Below, piece after piece: positions 31,701 to 41,600 of a stretch of DNA of 64,000 bases. Numbering within the stretch: position 1 is the first letter of the stretch; the number at the start of each line of letters is the position of its first letter. The stretch covers positions 15,066,001 through 15,130,000 of the forward strand of contig OZ059896.1 of assembly GCA_964057225.1 (NCBI GenBank), read 5' to 3'. A program made the position numbers and the translations under genes. The DNA comes from Auanema rhodensis. Lineage: Eukaryota; Animalia; Nematoda. The notes beneath the pieces are model-generated. The model was not told where the DNA came from. It saw nothing but the letters and a program-made list of their open reading frames with translations, and made no database searches.

Positions 31701-34700
31701 TAGCGCAATGCGCACTGCAATTGGACGAAAGCTGGATAAAAGAACAAGAAGACTACGAAACTTTAACATTGAACATATGCCCATACCCATTTTTACGTCC
31801 AGTAATGAGTAACCCTGGGATATCACAAATAATTCCTATAATTCGAGCCAGACGGACAATAGATCCAACATATTCTATCGTTAAGTGGATCTCAGCACAT
31901 CCCGAGCAGTTCAAATTCTTCCTACGAAGCACTACTTCGGATAGATCAATAGAAAGATTCTTAAAAATATATGAATTCTACGACCCGGAAGAAGCAATGC
32001 TTCAATTCTTCGCCCAAAAAGAACTGGCAGCTACCACAAGAGGAGCCGTTAAATACCTCACCTCCTTGCAACTTTTAGAGCAGATAGGCGATAGATTAAC
32101 AGCAGAAGAATTTGACGAAAAAATACTCACAAAAGAAGGAAGTTATCGAGAGCGAACCGAAAGTATAGCGCTCGAGTTGGCATTTACACCGACCATTTTC
32201 GCTCAAAATAACATGTCGGTGCCATCAAAACAAGAAGTTTTGAAAGCATTTGTAAACATGCCGCCAATCAGGCCCGTATTATCAACTAATAACGAAAAGG
32301 AACAACTGATTATTAAAGAAACAATTGACCTATATCACCAAGTTCTCAAACTACGTACAATAAAACCCAATCGAACAGCGGCCAGAGCAGACGATGAAAG
32401 ATTTCGACATCTGCCTGTACCAACTATTATCCTGCCAGATATAGAGAAATTATATCGAGATATGGAGAATAATTTTGGTATACCTGTTGGGCCCCATCAA
32501 CAAACAAAAAGTCCTAACAAATATACACGAAATCTTCTCATTCAAACCTTTCTACCGCTACTAGAGGATAAAAGAACACCTCCCTACTCAACCAGACGCC
32601 TGACAGACAAAACTGAATATATAACGACAACAACGGAAGTAACAAAGCTAATCCAGGACCCTCAAACAACGCCAGAGATCGATACAACTCAAACCATAAC
32701 ATCCACGCGCGCGCCAACAACGGTTACATTAATATATGGTGTTCACAAAGAACAGCCTATTACTACGTTTGCAACGGTCACAGATATGTCTTTAAGATCG
32801 CAAAGAAAGCAGAGAACGTCATCACCACCTTTGGAGATTGAAACGAAAGCAGTACAAGCGCAAGCACATTATATAGGCTCCAAAGTAAACAACGAGATAC
32901 AATATAAACAGAATATATCTCAGAGAATAGCGCAAGATCATCTACAATATGCAACCACTCTTATACAGGAAGAATTGCAAAAGCATTTTATGGAATCTTA
33001 CGAATCCATATGCGAGATACAAAATAGATATCTCGAATTGTGGCGTTCAATTCTCCAAATAGAGCCAACCATAGCAATGAGAACAATCCTTGGCAGAGAA
33101 GACATAGCAGCGCGTTTCGTGGGCAGCGAAATAGTTCATGTTCACATATGCCTTCCAATAGAGCCTAAAACCGTTCACCACTCTCATAAAATCAATGAAA
33201 CATGTTACTTAGAGACACCAGTAACAACCGAAGACAACAAATTATATTTCGCAGCACCGGGATCAAGAGATTTACTCTCGTACGGGAAAGAAATCGACTG
33301 CGAACACGTACCAACTGATATTTATGAGAAAAACGGGGAATGGATGAACATTAATGGGTCTGTGGAAGTCAATCCCATCACACTTTTTGATGGAGCTCAC
33401 CAACATAAAGTTACGCCTTTAAAATTTACAGGTGCTCATCTTTATACTAATCTTTCATCAAGAGTCTATTCAATGACTACTGCAATAGCGTATGGAGCTA
33501 GTTTAGCTTCAATACGACAAAATCACGTACTAAATACGATTCACAACGACCCAAAGATAACGTCAGCCTTTATTCTTTTGAAAAAGGGCAGCGATTATAT
33601 TTCGAAAGCAACTGAGTTCACAACTACAGCCGGGAATAGCATAAAACAATTCTTAATGGGGACAATTGAAAGAACCTTAATATTAATAGGATCTACTGTT
33701 CTAATCATTGCAGCAATCATAATTACCATCTTTGCCGGAAAATTTTACTTTTTCAAAGCAATGCCACTACCAGTCATGCATATTCAAAGAGCAGACAACG
33801 AGCCCCCAGGCTACGAGGAAACATTAGAACTCGTTAGCCGCCCAGACCAACCAATGCCAGAAAATATAATGAAGCAGTATTACCCGGCGCTCGTAACATT
33901 CATTCCACTAGCAATACCATTTATTGCTTTTATTAAATCAAAAGAAACAAAGCTACCACTTATCTATATATCAGTAGAAGATAAGCTGATATTAGCTTTA
34001 TGGGATTCAGGCTCGTCAGTCTCATATGTCAGGCTATCGACATTAAAATACCTGAACATGGCTCAACACGTCAAAAAGCGACGATTAGTGGCAATGGCAG
34101 CAAACAAAACAACGTTTACATTATACGGAAAAATAAATTTAAACATCGAAATTGCTGGCTATGAGATAGAACATACCTTTTTGGTCTCAAATGACTGTGA
34201 TTGCCCAGCCCCTGCTCTTATTGGGATGGACTTTATGAGCACGCTCGACAGTGAAAACATTGATGTCAGTTTAAAACCATCGAAAAAGATGCTAGAGATC
34301 GGAAATTACGCACTCCCTTTAATTGAACAGGACGCCATTAAACAAACGGCAATAACAGTAAATATCATCAATTTGAAGAAAAGAATCATACAACCCGATG
34401 AAGAGTCCACTATTCCAATCAAAGCTGATAGACCACTCAAATCAAACGAAGTGGTAATCTTAGGGGACAACGGAAATGCATTAGCTTCAAGTTATCCAAC
34501 AGCTTTCCGTGAGACAAGTGGAGTATATGTAGTTTTCCGTAACAATACGGACAAAACATTAGCTATGGAAGCTAATTCAGTCATAGGGCAGGCAACAATA
34601 GGAGAAGTACCAAGCTGGCAAACAATACAAGAAGACCCTATGCAACCATATATTCCACCAGAAGCAGATTGGGAGAATAAATTACCCCACTTTCCAAGAA

Positions 34701-37654
34701 ATTTTATGAATGACCTTAATCTGGATAAAGCAGATTTGAATAATGAAGACAAGCACGAGCTCACAAACATAGTTAAGAGCCATCGTGAGGCCTTTCTTAA
34801 TGAAGATAGGAAGATAGGTCTATTTAAAGGACCCATTGAGCATACAATCCCACTAAGATCGGATATGGACATGCCAAGGTCAAGAATAACGAGGATTCCA
34901 CTTGGTAAACAGGAAGAAGTAGAAAAGCAAGTAAAAGAAATGCTAGAGCAAGGCATAATCGAACCCTCTACATCCCTCTTCAATAGCCCTGCTGTGCTAG
35001 TGAAGAAGAAGGATGAGACATATAGGTTCGTGACAGATTTTCGAGCCCTCAATAGTGTCACGCGTAAACAAACATACGTTATACCAAGCATATCGGATAT
35101 AGTTGACATGGCAGCTGGAGCTCAATTCTTCTCAAACTTCGATTTAGTATCAGGATTTTTTCAAATATCACTACGTAAATCTGATCGTCCTTTAACAGCA
35201 TTTACAACAACATCAGGCACGTATCAATATAAAAGAATGCCTATGGGTCTCTGCGGAGCCCCTCATACTTTTCAAACAGCAGTAAGATATTTGCAAAGTA
35301 AATGCTCTTGCAAATTATTTGTATACTTGGACGATCTGCTGATAATCTCTGATACAAGAAAGCAACACCTTGAAGATATCGACGAATTATTACATGCGGT
35401 CGAAAGTTTGGGAATGAAAATTAAGCTAAAGAAATGTGCCTTTGCTCAACCAGAAGTAAAATTTCTCGGATTAATTATTGGAAGAGAAGGAATAAAACCG
35501 GACCCTCAAAAAGTGGCTGCGATACAAGAATATCCGGCACCAAAGAACGCAACAGGCGTTCGCGCATTCTTAGGAATGGTTGGATTTTTTCGCAAATTCA
35601 TTAAAGATTTTGCAAGTATCGCAAGCCCATTGTACGATTTGACAAAGACGGATACCGAATTCGCTTGGGAAAAGCAACATCAGGAAGCTGTAGATCGATT
35701 AAAAAGAAGTCTCACCCAAGCGCCCGTATTAAGTCCACCAAAATCTGATCGATTATTCATTATCGAGAGTGACGGCAGCAACATAGCAGTGGGCGCAGTA
35801 TTATTGCAACCAGAAGATCCCACGCAACCATTGAAGCATCTTCATCCTATCGCATTTGCCAGCAGAAAACTGGTAAAAGCGGAACGCAATTACGCACCAA
35901 TCGAAATTGAAGCCTTAGGGTTAGTATACGCACTGAATCAATTTCGCACATACATACTGGGAACGCATACTATATGTATCACTGACCATCGCCCTCTCAC
36001 AAGTTTACTAACTCGCAGAGACCTATTTGGTCGTCTTGCTAAATTTCAGTTAGTAATACAAGAATACGACATTGAGATAAGGTACAGAGAGGGCCAGCTC
36101 AATAAAGTATGTGATGCATTGTCACGTTATATAGGCGATGAAGCAAATGATGCAAAGCCGGAAAAGAAGAAAAAGAAAAACGCAGAATCGATCAGAATAA
36201 ATACTATTGATACACCTGCTATAAAAGAAATTCAACAAAATACTCTATGGATAAAGAAAACAATCGCGGACATCGAATATAGAACGCAAAAGAAAATGGT
36301 CTCTAACGATAGATATTGCGTTATAAATGGATTACTCTACACAAAACCAACAGACAAGAAACCACATCCTGCAATCGTTGTGCCACAAGATCATCCAATC
36401 AAGGACGAGATAATAGAATTATTTCACGAAGATCCTACAATCGCAGCGCATCAAGGAATTAATAAAACTAAAGAAGCTATCCTACGGAGATTTTATTGGA
36501 CCAACATGCAAAATGATATCATGATATATATCAAAAACTGCATTAAATGCGCACAAAGGAAGAAGGACCCACATTCTATGACAGTACAGCCAATAGGTCA
36601 ATTTGAAATACCGACCAAGCCTTTTGAACGAGTTCATATGGATGTAATGGGACCTTTTCCCCCGTCAAAAAGGAATTGTACTTACGTTATTACCATCCAG
36701 GATGCTTTTACTAAATGGTCAACAACGATAGCAGTACCGCAAATTACGACAGAAATAACAATTGACAGATTTCTACGCAACTTTGTATACATATACGGAC
36801 CGCCTCATCGACTGATCACCGATAGAGGATCTAATTTTGTATCTCAAAAGTTTGAAGAAATGTGTACAAAACTGGGAATTCAACATGAACCCACCCTTCC
36901 TCACCAAAAGAACTCAAACGGACAAGTCGAAAGACTACACAGAACTCTTGAGGAAGGATTAACACACTACTTGAAGGAAGATCTAAGCGACTGGGATAGC
37001 GTATTGCCGAAAATTACATTCGCTATCAATAACATTCAGCATGCTACAACAGGCATAGCCCCATACGTAGCACTTTTTGGAAAAGAATGCAGAATGAAAA
37101 TTGATGCCGAATTACCGGGAACCATAACAAAAATCAAAGAGATTTCGGAAGAATTACTCACGAGAAGACCTCAAATGATGAAAATAGACCAAATAATACG
37201 TGAACGTATCGCCCAAAACCAAGAAAACGCCAGAAAGAAGAAGGATAGAACACAAAGGACGCACGAAAGGAACATTCAACCCGGCGACATGGTGATGACA
37301 ACAATAAAGTCACATAAAATTGGTCAGAAACTGAGGAAAAGCTATGACGGACCTTACGAAGTTATTAACGTACAAGGATCCAAGGTGCAGATAAGGAATT
37401 CATCAGGAAAGATACAAGATATCCACAAGGATAATCTCAAACTCTTCTCAAACGCGACTCAAAATATCACTCACAATACCCGCTCTAATACACGCAACAA
37501 TTACGAAGAAGAAGAAGAGGACAGCGATATAGAGATACTAAGAGTGATCAAAAGAAACGAGCAAGATAACACCGATAGCGAACCGGAATCAGAGAACGAA
37601 GATGGAGATGAATTATGGTTACCACGGATGAAAAATCAAAAAGAGAAAGCATGA
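28721..37654 (+). CDS. Element 2 Gag-Env(gB-like)-PR-RT-RNaseH-IN polyprotein (2977-codon open frame; first ATG at 29912)
   Basis: Gag CPIYDGSRNF; signal peptide ending TDA|YQMC (~30905); furin KRQKR 31682-31696; gB-like IEPTIAMRTILGREDIAARFVG..C and CYLETPV; TM ~33674-33750; LWDSGSS; YLDD 35324; IN HHCC/DDE/GPY. Confidence 0.95.
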   Translation: MVATIWKTPSHLPSASPSEARLSYCSRISLSPNTHLKESYAPYINIPHVAHHSRFFQTKSPTKVAKRFSSAFPALYPSDTNSDATVASRTRSRTRLLSVQIEEPHQPDEKPKPQVDKFYTPREGTYSPSDDTDEDPDFIIADDSTQTPTTNPKVRSVDTNKNLRKIQKKKPTTASASPVTSDPNASNLSVITDNAPSPSFGLTQSPQASSTPINQPHSLTLEPTQPSDNPSTLSKITDKIKKNIPNKRKTKTPSKRATETLSAEASLEGIQEASPLSLTTDKFKNKRSLTNRLIKILNLSPGDNTTPSGTAKPRFSSHNPNLNRSDSAIPSSRSTDRTSPQASGKVIQVPRARFATTTPIIGSSSRNPKAIEHTHQDPTRSEVIISPITYPEGISSEMTETSRLPGAGKSTIAQALSSPYCPIYDGSRNFRDFVAKFNTFANALGLVMPERLTILPLLLKNERAEEAYTQLSDTIKTSGSWNTLIEELTSRLCPEYNQDPALITLQNSTQGELSVDGFAQTLRSLSLNAFSHTDPHKDHILRSTFLRGLKNTIRPGVIRAKPKTFAEAIDNARWEESIANQVSDPQALLVNAIDRTFPPRRDTGRRGIGRGYQSFNNRNYQNYQNYQSYQNSSNNQKPQNLQNSFARNRNLGNRGRNFSNPNWYQRNNNLSRNQESDNRQRGNNPFRGNNNNRGRGRGSRVNNLTLISPLTLAVALSVILSLITITDAYQMCTKATGGALLIPPPLRKCTIPPTKHVLRTNIHLYTRNQTAHEWDSWRCSKEIHKICIRDLLFLRDHNSSIVRIEPTTENECRLAVRDRKWKSEDLIKLDSLTYATTEPTFSPARSFNYEQCEEKERLVLERGVMTRMPDDTILTNLLLNTEGCLAHHGQCASNTSMIIWEIQSYEQRCNYIDMSEYDAIIGDSIILIPNTQSALVIDNKQIPKQITSCFPQPIFQSTTGNYILFPKYPNDSNIHNLIEREYKKLPAKRQKRAIAQCALQLDESWIKEQEDYETLTLNICPYPFLRPVMSNPGISQIIPIIRARRTIDPTYSIVKWISAHPEQFKFFLRSTTSDRSIERFLKIYEFYDPEEAMLQFFAQKELAATTRGAVKYLTSLQLLEQIGDRLTAEEFDEKILTKEGSYRERTESIALELAFTPTIFAQNNMSVPSKQEVLKAFVNMPPIRPVLSTNNEKEQLIIKETIDLYHQVLKLRTIKPNRTAARADDERFRHLPVPTIILPDIEKLYRDMENNFGIPVGPHQQTKSPNKYTRNLLIQTFLPLLEDKRTPPYSTRRLTDKTEYITTTTEVTKLIQDPQTTPEIDTTQTITSTRAPTTVTLIYGVHKEQPITTFATVTDMSLRSQRKQRTSSPPLEIETKAVQAQAHYIGSKVNNEIQYKQNISQRIAQDHLQYATTLIQEELQKHFMESYESICEIQNRYLELWRSILQIEPTIAMRTILGREDIAARFVGSEIVHVHICLPIEPKTVHHSHKINETCYLETPVTTEDNKLYFAAPGSRDLLSYGKEIDCEHVPTDIYEKNGEWMNINGSVEVNPITLFDGAHQHKVTPLKFTGAHLYTNLSSRVYSMTTAIAYGASLASIRQNHVLNTIHNDPKITSAFILLKKGSDYISKATEFTTTAGNSIKQFLMGTIERTLILIGSTVLIIAAIIITIFAGKFYFFKAMPLPVMHIQRADNEPPGYEETLELVSRPDQPMPENIMKQYYPALVTFIPLAIPFIAFIKSKETKLPLIYISVEDKLILALWDSGSSVSYVRLSTLKYLNMAQHVKKRRLVAMAANKTTFTLYGKINLNIEIAGYEIEHTFLVSNDCDCPAPALIGMDFMSTLDSENIDVSLKPSKKMLEIGNYALPLIEQDAIKQTAITVNIINLKKRIIQPDEESTIPIKADRPLKSNEVVILGDNGNALASSYPTAFRETSGVYVVFRNNTDKTLAMEANSVIGQATIGEVPSWQTIQEDPMQPYIPPEADWENKLPHFPRNFMNDLNLDKADLNNEDKHELTNIVKSHREAFLNEDRKIGLFKGPIEHTIPLRSDMDMPRSRITRIPLGKQEEVEKQVKEMLEQGIIEPSTSLFNSPAVLVKKKDETYRFVTDFRALNSVTRKQTYVIPSISDIVDMAAGAQFFSNFDLVSGFFQISLRKSDRPLTAFTTTSGTYQYKRMPMGLCGAPHTFQTAVRYLQSKCSCKLFVYLDDLLIISDTRKQHLEDIDELLHAVESLGMKIKLKKCAFAQPEVKFLGLIIGREGIKPDPQKVAAIQEYPAPKNATGVRAFLGMVGFFRKFIKDFASIASPLYDLTKTDTEFAWEKQHQEAVDRLKRSLTQAPVLSPPKSDRLFIIESDGSNIAVGAVLLQPEDPTQPLKHLHPIAFASRKLVKAERNYAPIEIEALGLVYALNQFRTYILGTHTICITDHRPLTSLLTRRDLFGRLAKFQLVIQEYDIEIRYREGQLNKVCDALSRYIGDEANDAKPEKKKKKNAESIRINTIDTPAIKEIQQNTLWIKKTIADIEYRTQKKMVSNDRYCVINGLLYTKPTDKKPHPAIVVPQDHPIKDEIIELFHEDPTIAAHQGINKTKEAILRRFYWTNMQNDIMIYIKNCIKCAQRKKDPHSMTVQPIGQFEIPTKPFERVHMDVMGPFPPSKRNCTYVITIQDAFTKWSTTIAVPQITTEITIDRFLRNFVYIYGPPHRLITDRGSNFVSQKFEEMCTKLGIQHEPTLPHQKNSNGQVERLHRTLEEGLTHYLKEDLSDWDSVLPKITFAINNIQHATTGIAPYVALFGKECRMKIDAELPGTITKIKEISEELLTRRPQMMKIDQIIRERIAQNQENARKKKDRTQRTHERNIQPGDMVMTTIKSHKIGQKLRKSYDGPYEVINVQGSKVQIRNSSGKIQDIHKDNLKLFSNATQNITHNTRSNTRNNYEEEEEDSDIEILRVIKRNEQDNTDSEPESENEDGDELWLPRMKNQKEKA

Positions 37655-38350
37655 AAAGACGACAAGAAATAACTTTATATACATTCTTTTCTTTTCTGTA
37701 AATTGTAAAATGAAAGTAACGGTGAATTAGAAAACTTTTTGATGAGAGATTAAGTGAGTAAACAACCAAAACTAAGGAATAAGTGAGAATATAATAGAAA
37801 TAAATGGCTACCGTAATCCTATACGACCGATAGAGATAATATTTTGCGCTAAACTGAGCTCCACATGTATCTCCAAGAAGAGACGAACATTGGCAGGCGC
37901 CTAAGCCACACCCCATCTGAGTGGTAGCCTCCATTAGTACTCAAGGATTCATTTAGAGAGACATATGGAGACGAGTAAATTATTAACTAAAATTATCCCC
38001 ATCATCATTAGGATACGAGTAACCATGTACGCGAAATGTTTAATAATTCCTTATTGTCTCACATAAATCACACATTCATGAAACAAAGAAAATTTTTTTT
38101 TATTACAGTACTACAGTGACTAAATTTATTTTCTAATCCTCCGTTACAAAATAACGTAAAACCTATTATTGTATTCAAATTCTATCTTAATACCATAAAG
38201 AATCCTATTAAAACTATTTATATATCTTTCTACATGTAGATTTTAAAACTTTTAATTTTATTTGTAAACTCCTAGACTCTAAAACTCAGCTACATATACA
38301 CTAAAAACACTTTATATCGCGCGGACGCGAAAAATCTTTGAAAAAGGGCA

Positions 38351-38695
38351 CGTTCCATTCGGACTCCCCATATATGTAGCTGAAGGGTTAGAGCCAGACG
38401 ACCAGAGGACCGAGGAATGGCTCCGCCTTCCCTCGTTCCCTTGGTCGGGAGTTCGCCTCTTAGCAAGCTCATGGACGGCTTGTAGTTTAGTCTTTATACT
38501 TATATTTATCTTATTGTAATGTATCTTTATCTTTGTATATTATTGTTGTAGTTTCATGCCAATAAATCTTTCTCTCTTTTATCTTATGATTGACCTTATG
38601 CTCTTTATTCCTTACCGCTACACCAAGGAATACTATGCGCGTCATAGTATAAACTACAATGGTTTATATTATCGACGCAGGAGCATAACGGAACG
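38351..38695 (+). repeat. 3' LTR of element 2
   Basis: Direct repeat of 26614-26958; preceded by short purine tract GAAAAAGGGCA. Confidence 0.95.
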
Positions 38696-41600
38696 CAACT
38701 GAGCTATCGACGGAACGAATCTGTTTTTTTCAGAGGTTATTGTCAATAACTGCTATAATCAATATTTTAAATGGAAGAAAAAGAAAAGAAACTCCGTCGA
38801 GACGGATTGGAATCAGCGACCTAAGGATATCTATACTTCTACAGTCCTCCGCTCTACCAACTGAGCTATCGACGGAACGAATCTGTTGTTTTCAGAGGTT
38901 ATTGTCAATAACTGCTATAATCAATATTTTAAATGGAAGAAAAAGAAAAGAAACTCCGTCGAGCCGGATTCGAACCAGCGACCTAAGGATATCTACACTT
39001 CTACAGTCCTCCGCTCTACCAACTGAGCTATCGACGGAACGAATCTGTTGTTTTCAGAGGTTATTGTCAATAACTGCTATAATCAATATTTTAAATGGAA
39101 GAAAAAGAAAAGAAACTCCGTCGAGCCGGATTCGAACCAGCGACCTAAGGATATCTACACTTCTACAGTCCTCCGCTCTACCAACTGAGCTATCGACGGA
39201 ACGAATCTGTTGTTTTCAGAGGTTATTGTCAATAACTGCTATAATCAATATTTTAAATGGAAGAAAAAGAAAAGAAACTCCGTCGAGCCGGATTCGAACC
39301 AGCGACCTAAGGATATCTACACTTCTACAGTCCTCCGCTCTACCAACTGAGCTATCGACGGAACGAATCTGTTGTTTTCAGAGGTTATTGTCAATAACTG
39401 CTATAATCAATATTTTAAATGGAAGAAAAAGAAAAGAAACTCCGTCGAGCCGGATTCGAACCAGCGACCTAAGGATATCTACACTTCTACAGTCCTCCGC
39501 TCTACCAACTGAGCTATCGACGGAACGAATCTGTTGTTTTCAGAGGTTATTGTCAATAACTGCTATAATCAATATTTTAAATGGAAGAAAAAGAAAAGAA
39601 ACTCCGTCGAGCCGGATTCGAACCAGCGACCTAAGGATATCTACACTTCTACAGTCCTCCGCTCTACCAACTGAGCTATCGACGGAACGAATCTGTTGTT
39701 TTCAGAGGTTATTGTCAATAACTGCTATAATCCATATTTTAAATGGAAGAAAAAGAAAAGAAACTCCGTCGAGCCGGATTCGAACCAGCGACCTAAGGAT
39801 ATCTACACTTCTACAGTCCTCCGCTCTACCAACTGAGCTATCGACGGAACGAATCTGTTGTTTTCAGAGGTTATTGTCAAGAACTGCTATAATCAATATT
39901 TTAAATGGAAGAAAAAGAAAAGAAACTCCGTCGAGCCGGATTCGAACCAGCGACCTAAGGATATCTACACTTCTACAGTCCTCCGCTCTACCAACTGAGC
40001 TATCGACGGAACGAATCTGTTGTTTTCAGAGGTTATTGTCAATAACTGCTATAATCAATATTTTAAATGGAAGAAAAAGAAAAGAAACTCCGTCGAGCCG
40101 GATTCGAACCAGCGACCTAAGGATATCTACACTTCTACAGTCCTCCGCTCTACCAACTGAGCTATCGACGGAACGAATCTGTTGTTTTCAGAGGTTATTG
40201 TCAAGAACTGCTATAATCAATATTTTAAATGGAAGAAAAAGAAAAGAAACTCCGTCGAGCCGGATTCGAACCAGCGACCTAAGGATATCTACACTTCTAC
40301 AGTCCTCCGCTCTACCAACTGAGCTATCGACGGAACGAATCTGTTGTTTTCAGAGGTTATTGTCAATAACTGCTATAATCAATATTTTAAATGGAAGAAA
40401 AAGAAAAGAAACTCCGTCGAGACGGATTGGAATCAGCGACCTAAGGATATCTATACTTCTACAGTCCTCCGCTCTACCAACTGAGCTATCGACGGAACGA
40501 ATCTGTTGTTTTCAGAGGTTATTGTCAAGAACTGCTATAATCAATATTTTAAATGGAAGAAAAAGAAAAGAAACTCCGTCGAGCCGGATTCGAACCAGCG
40601 ACCTAAGGATATCTACACTTCTACAGTCCTCCGCTCTACCAACTGAGCTATCGACGGAACGAATCTGTTGTTTTCAGAGGTTATTGTCAATAACTGCTAT
40701 AATCAATATTTTAAATGGAAGAAAAAGAAAAGAAACTCCGTCGAGCCGGATTCGAACCAGCGACCTAAGGATATCTACACTTCTACAGTCCTCCGCTCTA
40801 CCAACTGAGCTATCGACGGAACGAATCTGTTGTTTTCAGAGGTTATTGTCAATAACTGCTATAATCAATATTTTAAATGGAAGAAAAAGAAAAGAAACTC
40901 CGTCGAGCCGGATTCGAACCAGCGACCTAAGGATATCTACACTTCTACAGTCCTCCGCTCTACCAACTGAGCTATCGACGGAACGAATCTGTTGTTTTCA
41001 GAGGTTATTGTCAAGAACTGCTATAATCAATATTTTAAATGGAAGAAAAAGAAAAGAAACTCCGTCGAGCCGGATTCGAACCAGCGACCTAAGGATATCT
41101 ACACTTCTACAGTCCTCCGCTCTACCAACTGAGCTATCGACGGAACGAATCTGTTGTTTTCAGAGGTTATTGTCAATAACTGCTATAATCAATATTTTAA
41201 ATGGAAGAAAAAGAAAAGAAACTCCGTCGAGCCGGATTCGAACCAGCGACCTAAGGATATCTACACTTCTACAGTCCTCCGCTCTACCAACTGAGCTATC
41301 GACGGAACGAATCTGTTGTTTTCAGAGGTTATTGTCAATAACTGCTATAATCAATATTTTAAATGGAAGAAAAAGAAAAGAAACTCCGTCGAGCCGGATT
41401 CGAACCAGCGACCTAAGGATATCTACACTTCTACAGTCCTCCGCTCTACCAACTGAGCTATCGACGGAACGAATCTGTTGTTTTCAGAGGTTATTGTCAA
41501 TAACTGCTATAATCAATATTTTAAATGGAAGAAAAAGAAAAGAAACTCCGTCGAGCCGGATTCGAACCAGCGACCTAAGGATATCTACACTTCTACAGTC

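Larger units (their letters stand above)
26614..38695 (+). mobile_element. LTR element 2: apparently intact Ty3/gypsy retrotransposon with single gag-env-pol ORF, inserted in a tRNA-Tyr D-loop
   Basis: Two 345-bp LTRs identical by eye, TSD CAAC (26610-26613 and 38696-38699); interrupted tRNA spans 26545-26613 plus 38700-38713. Confidence 0.97.

Noticed and set aside
34492-35109. Antisense ORFs over RT (also 17207-17628, 48368-48679) and other short ORFs overlapping long genes
   Set aside because: Shadow frames of the conserved coding strand, with no independent motifs.
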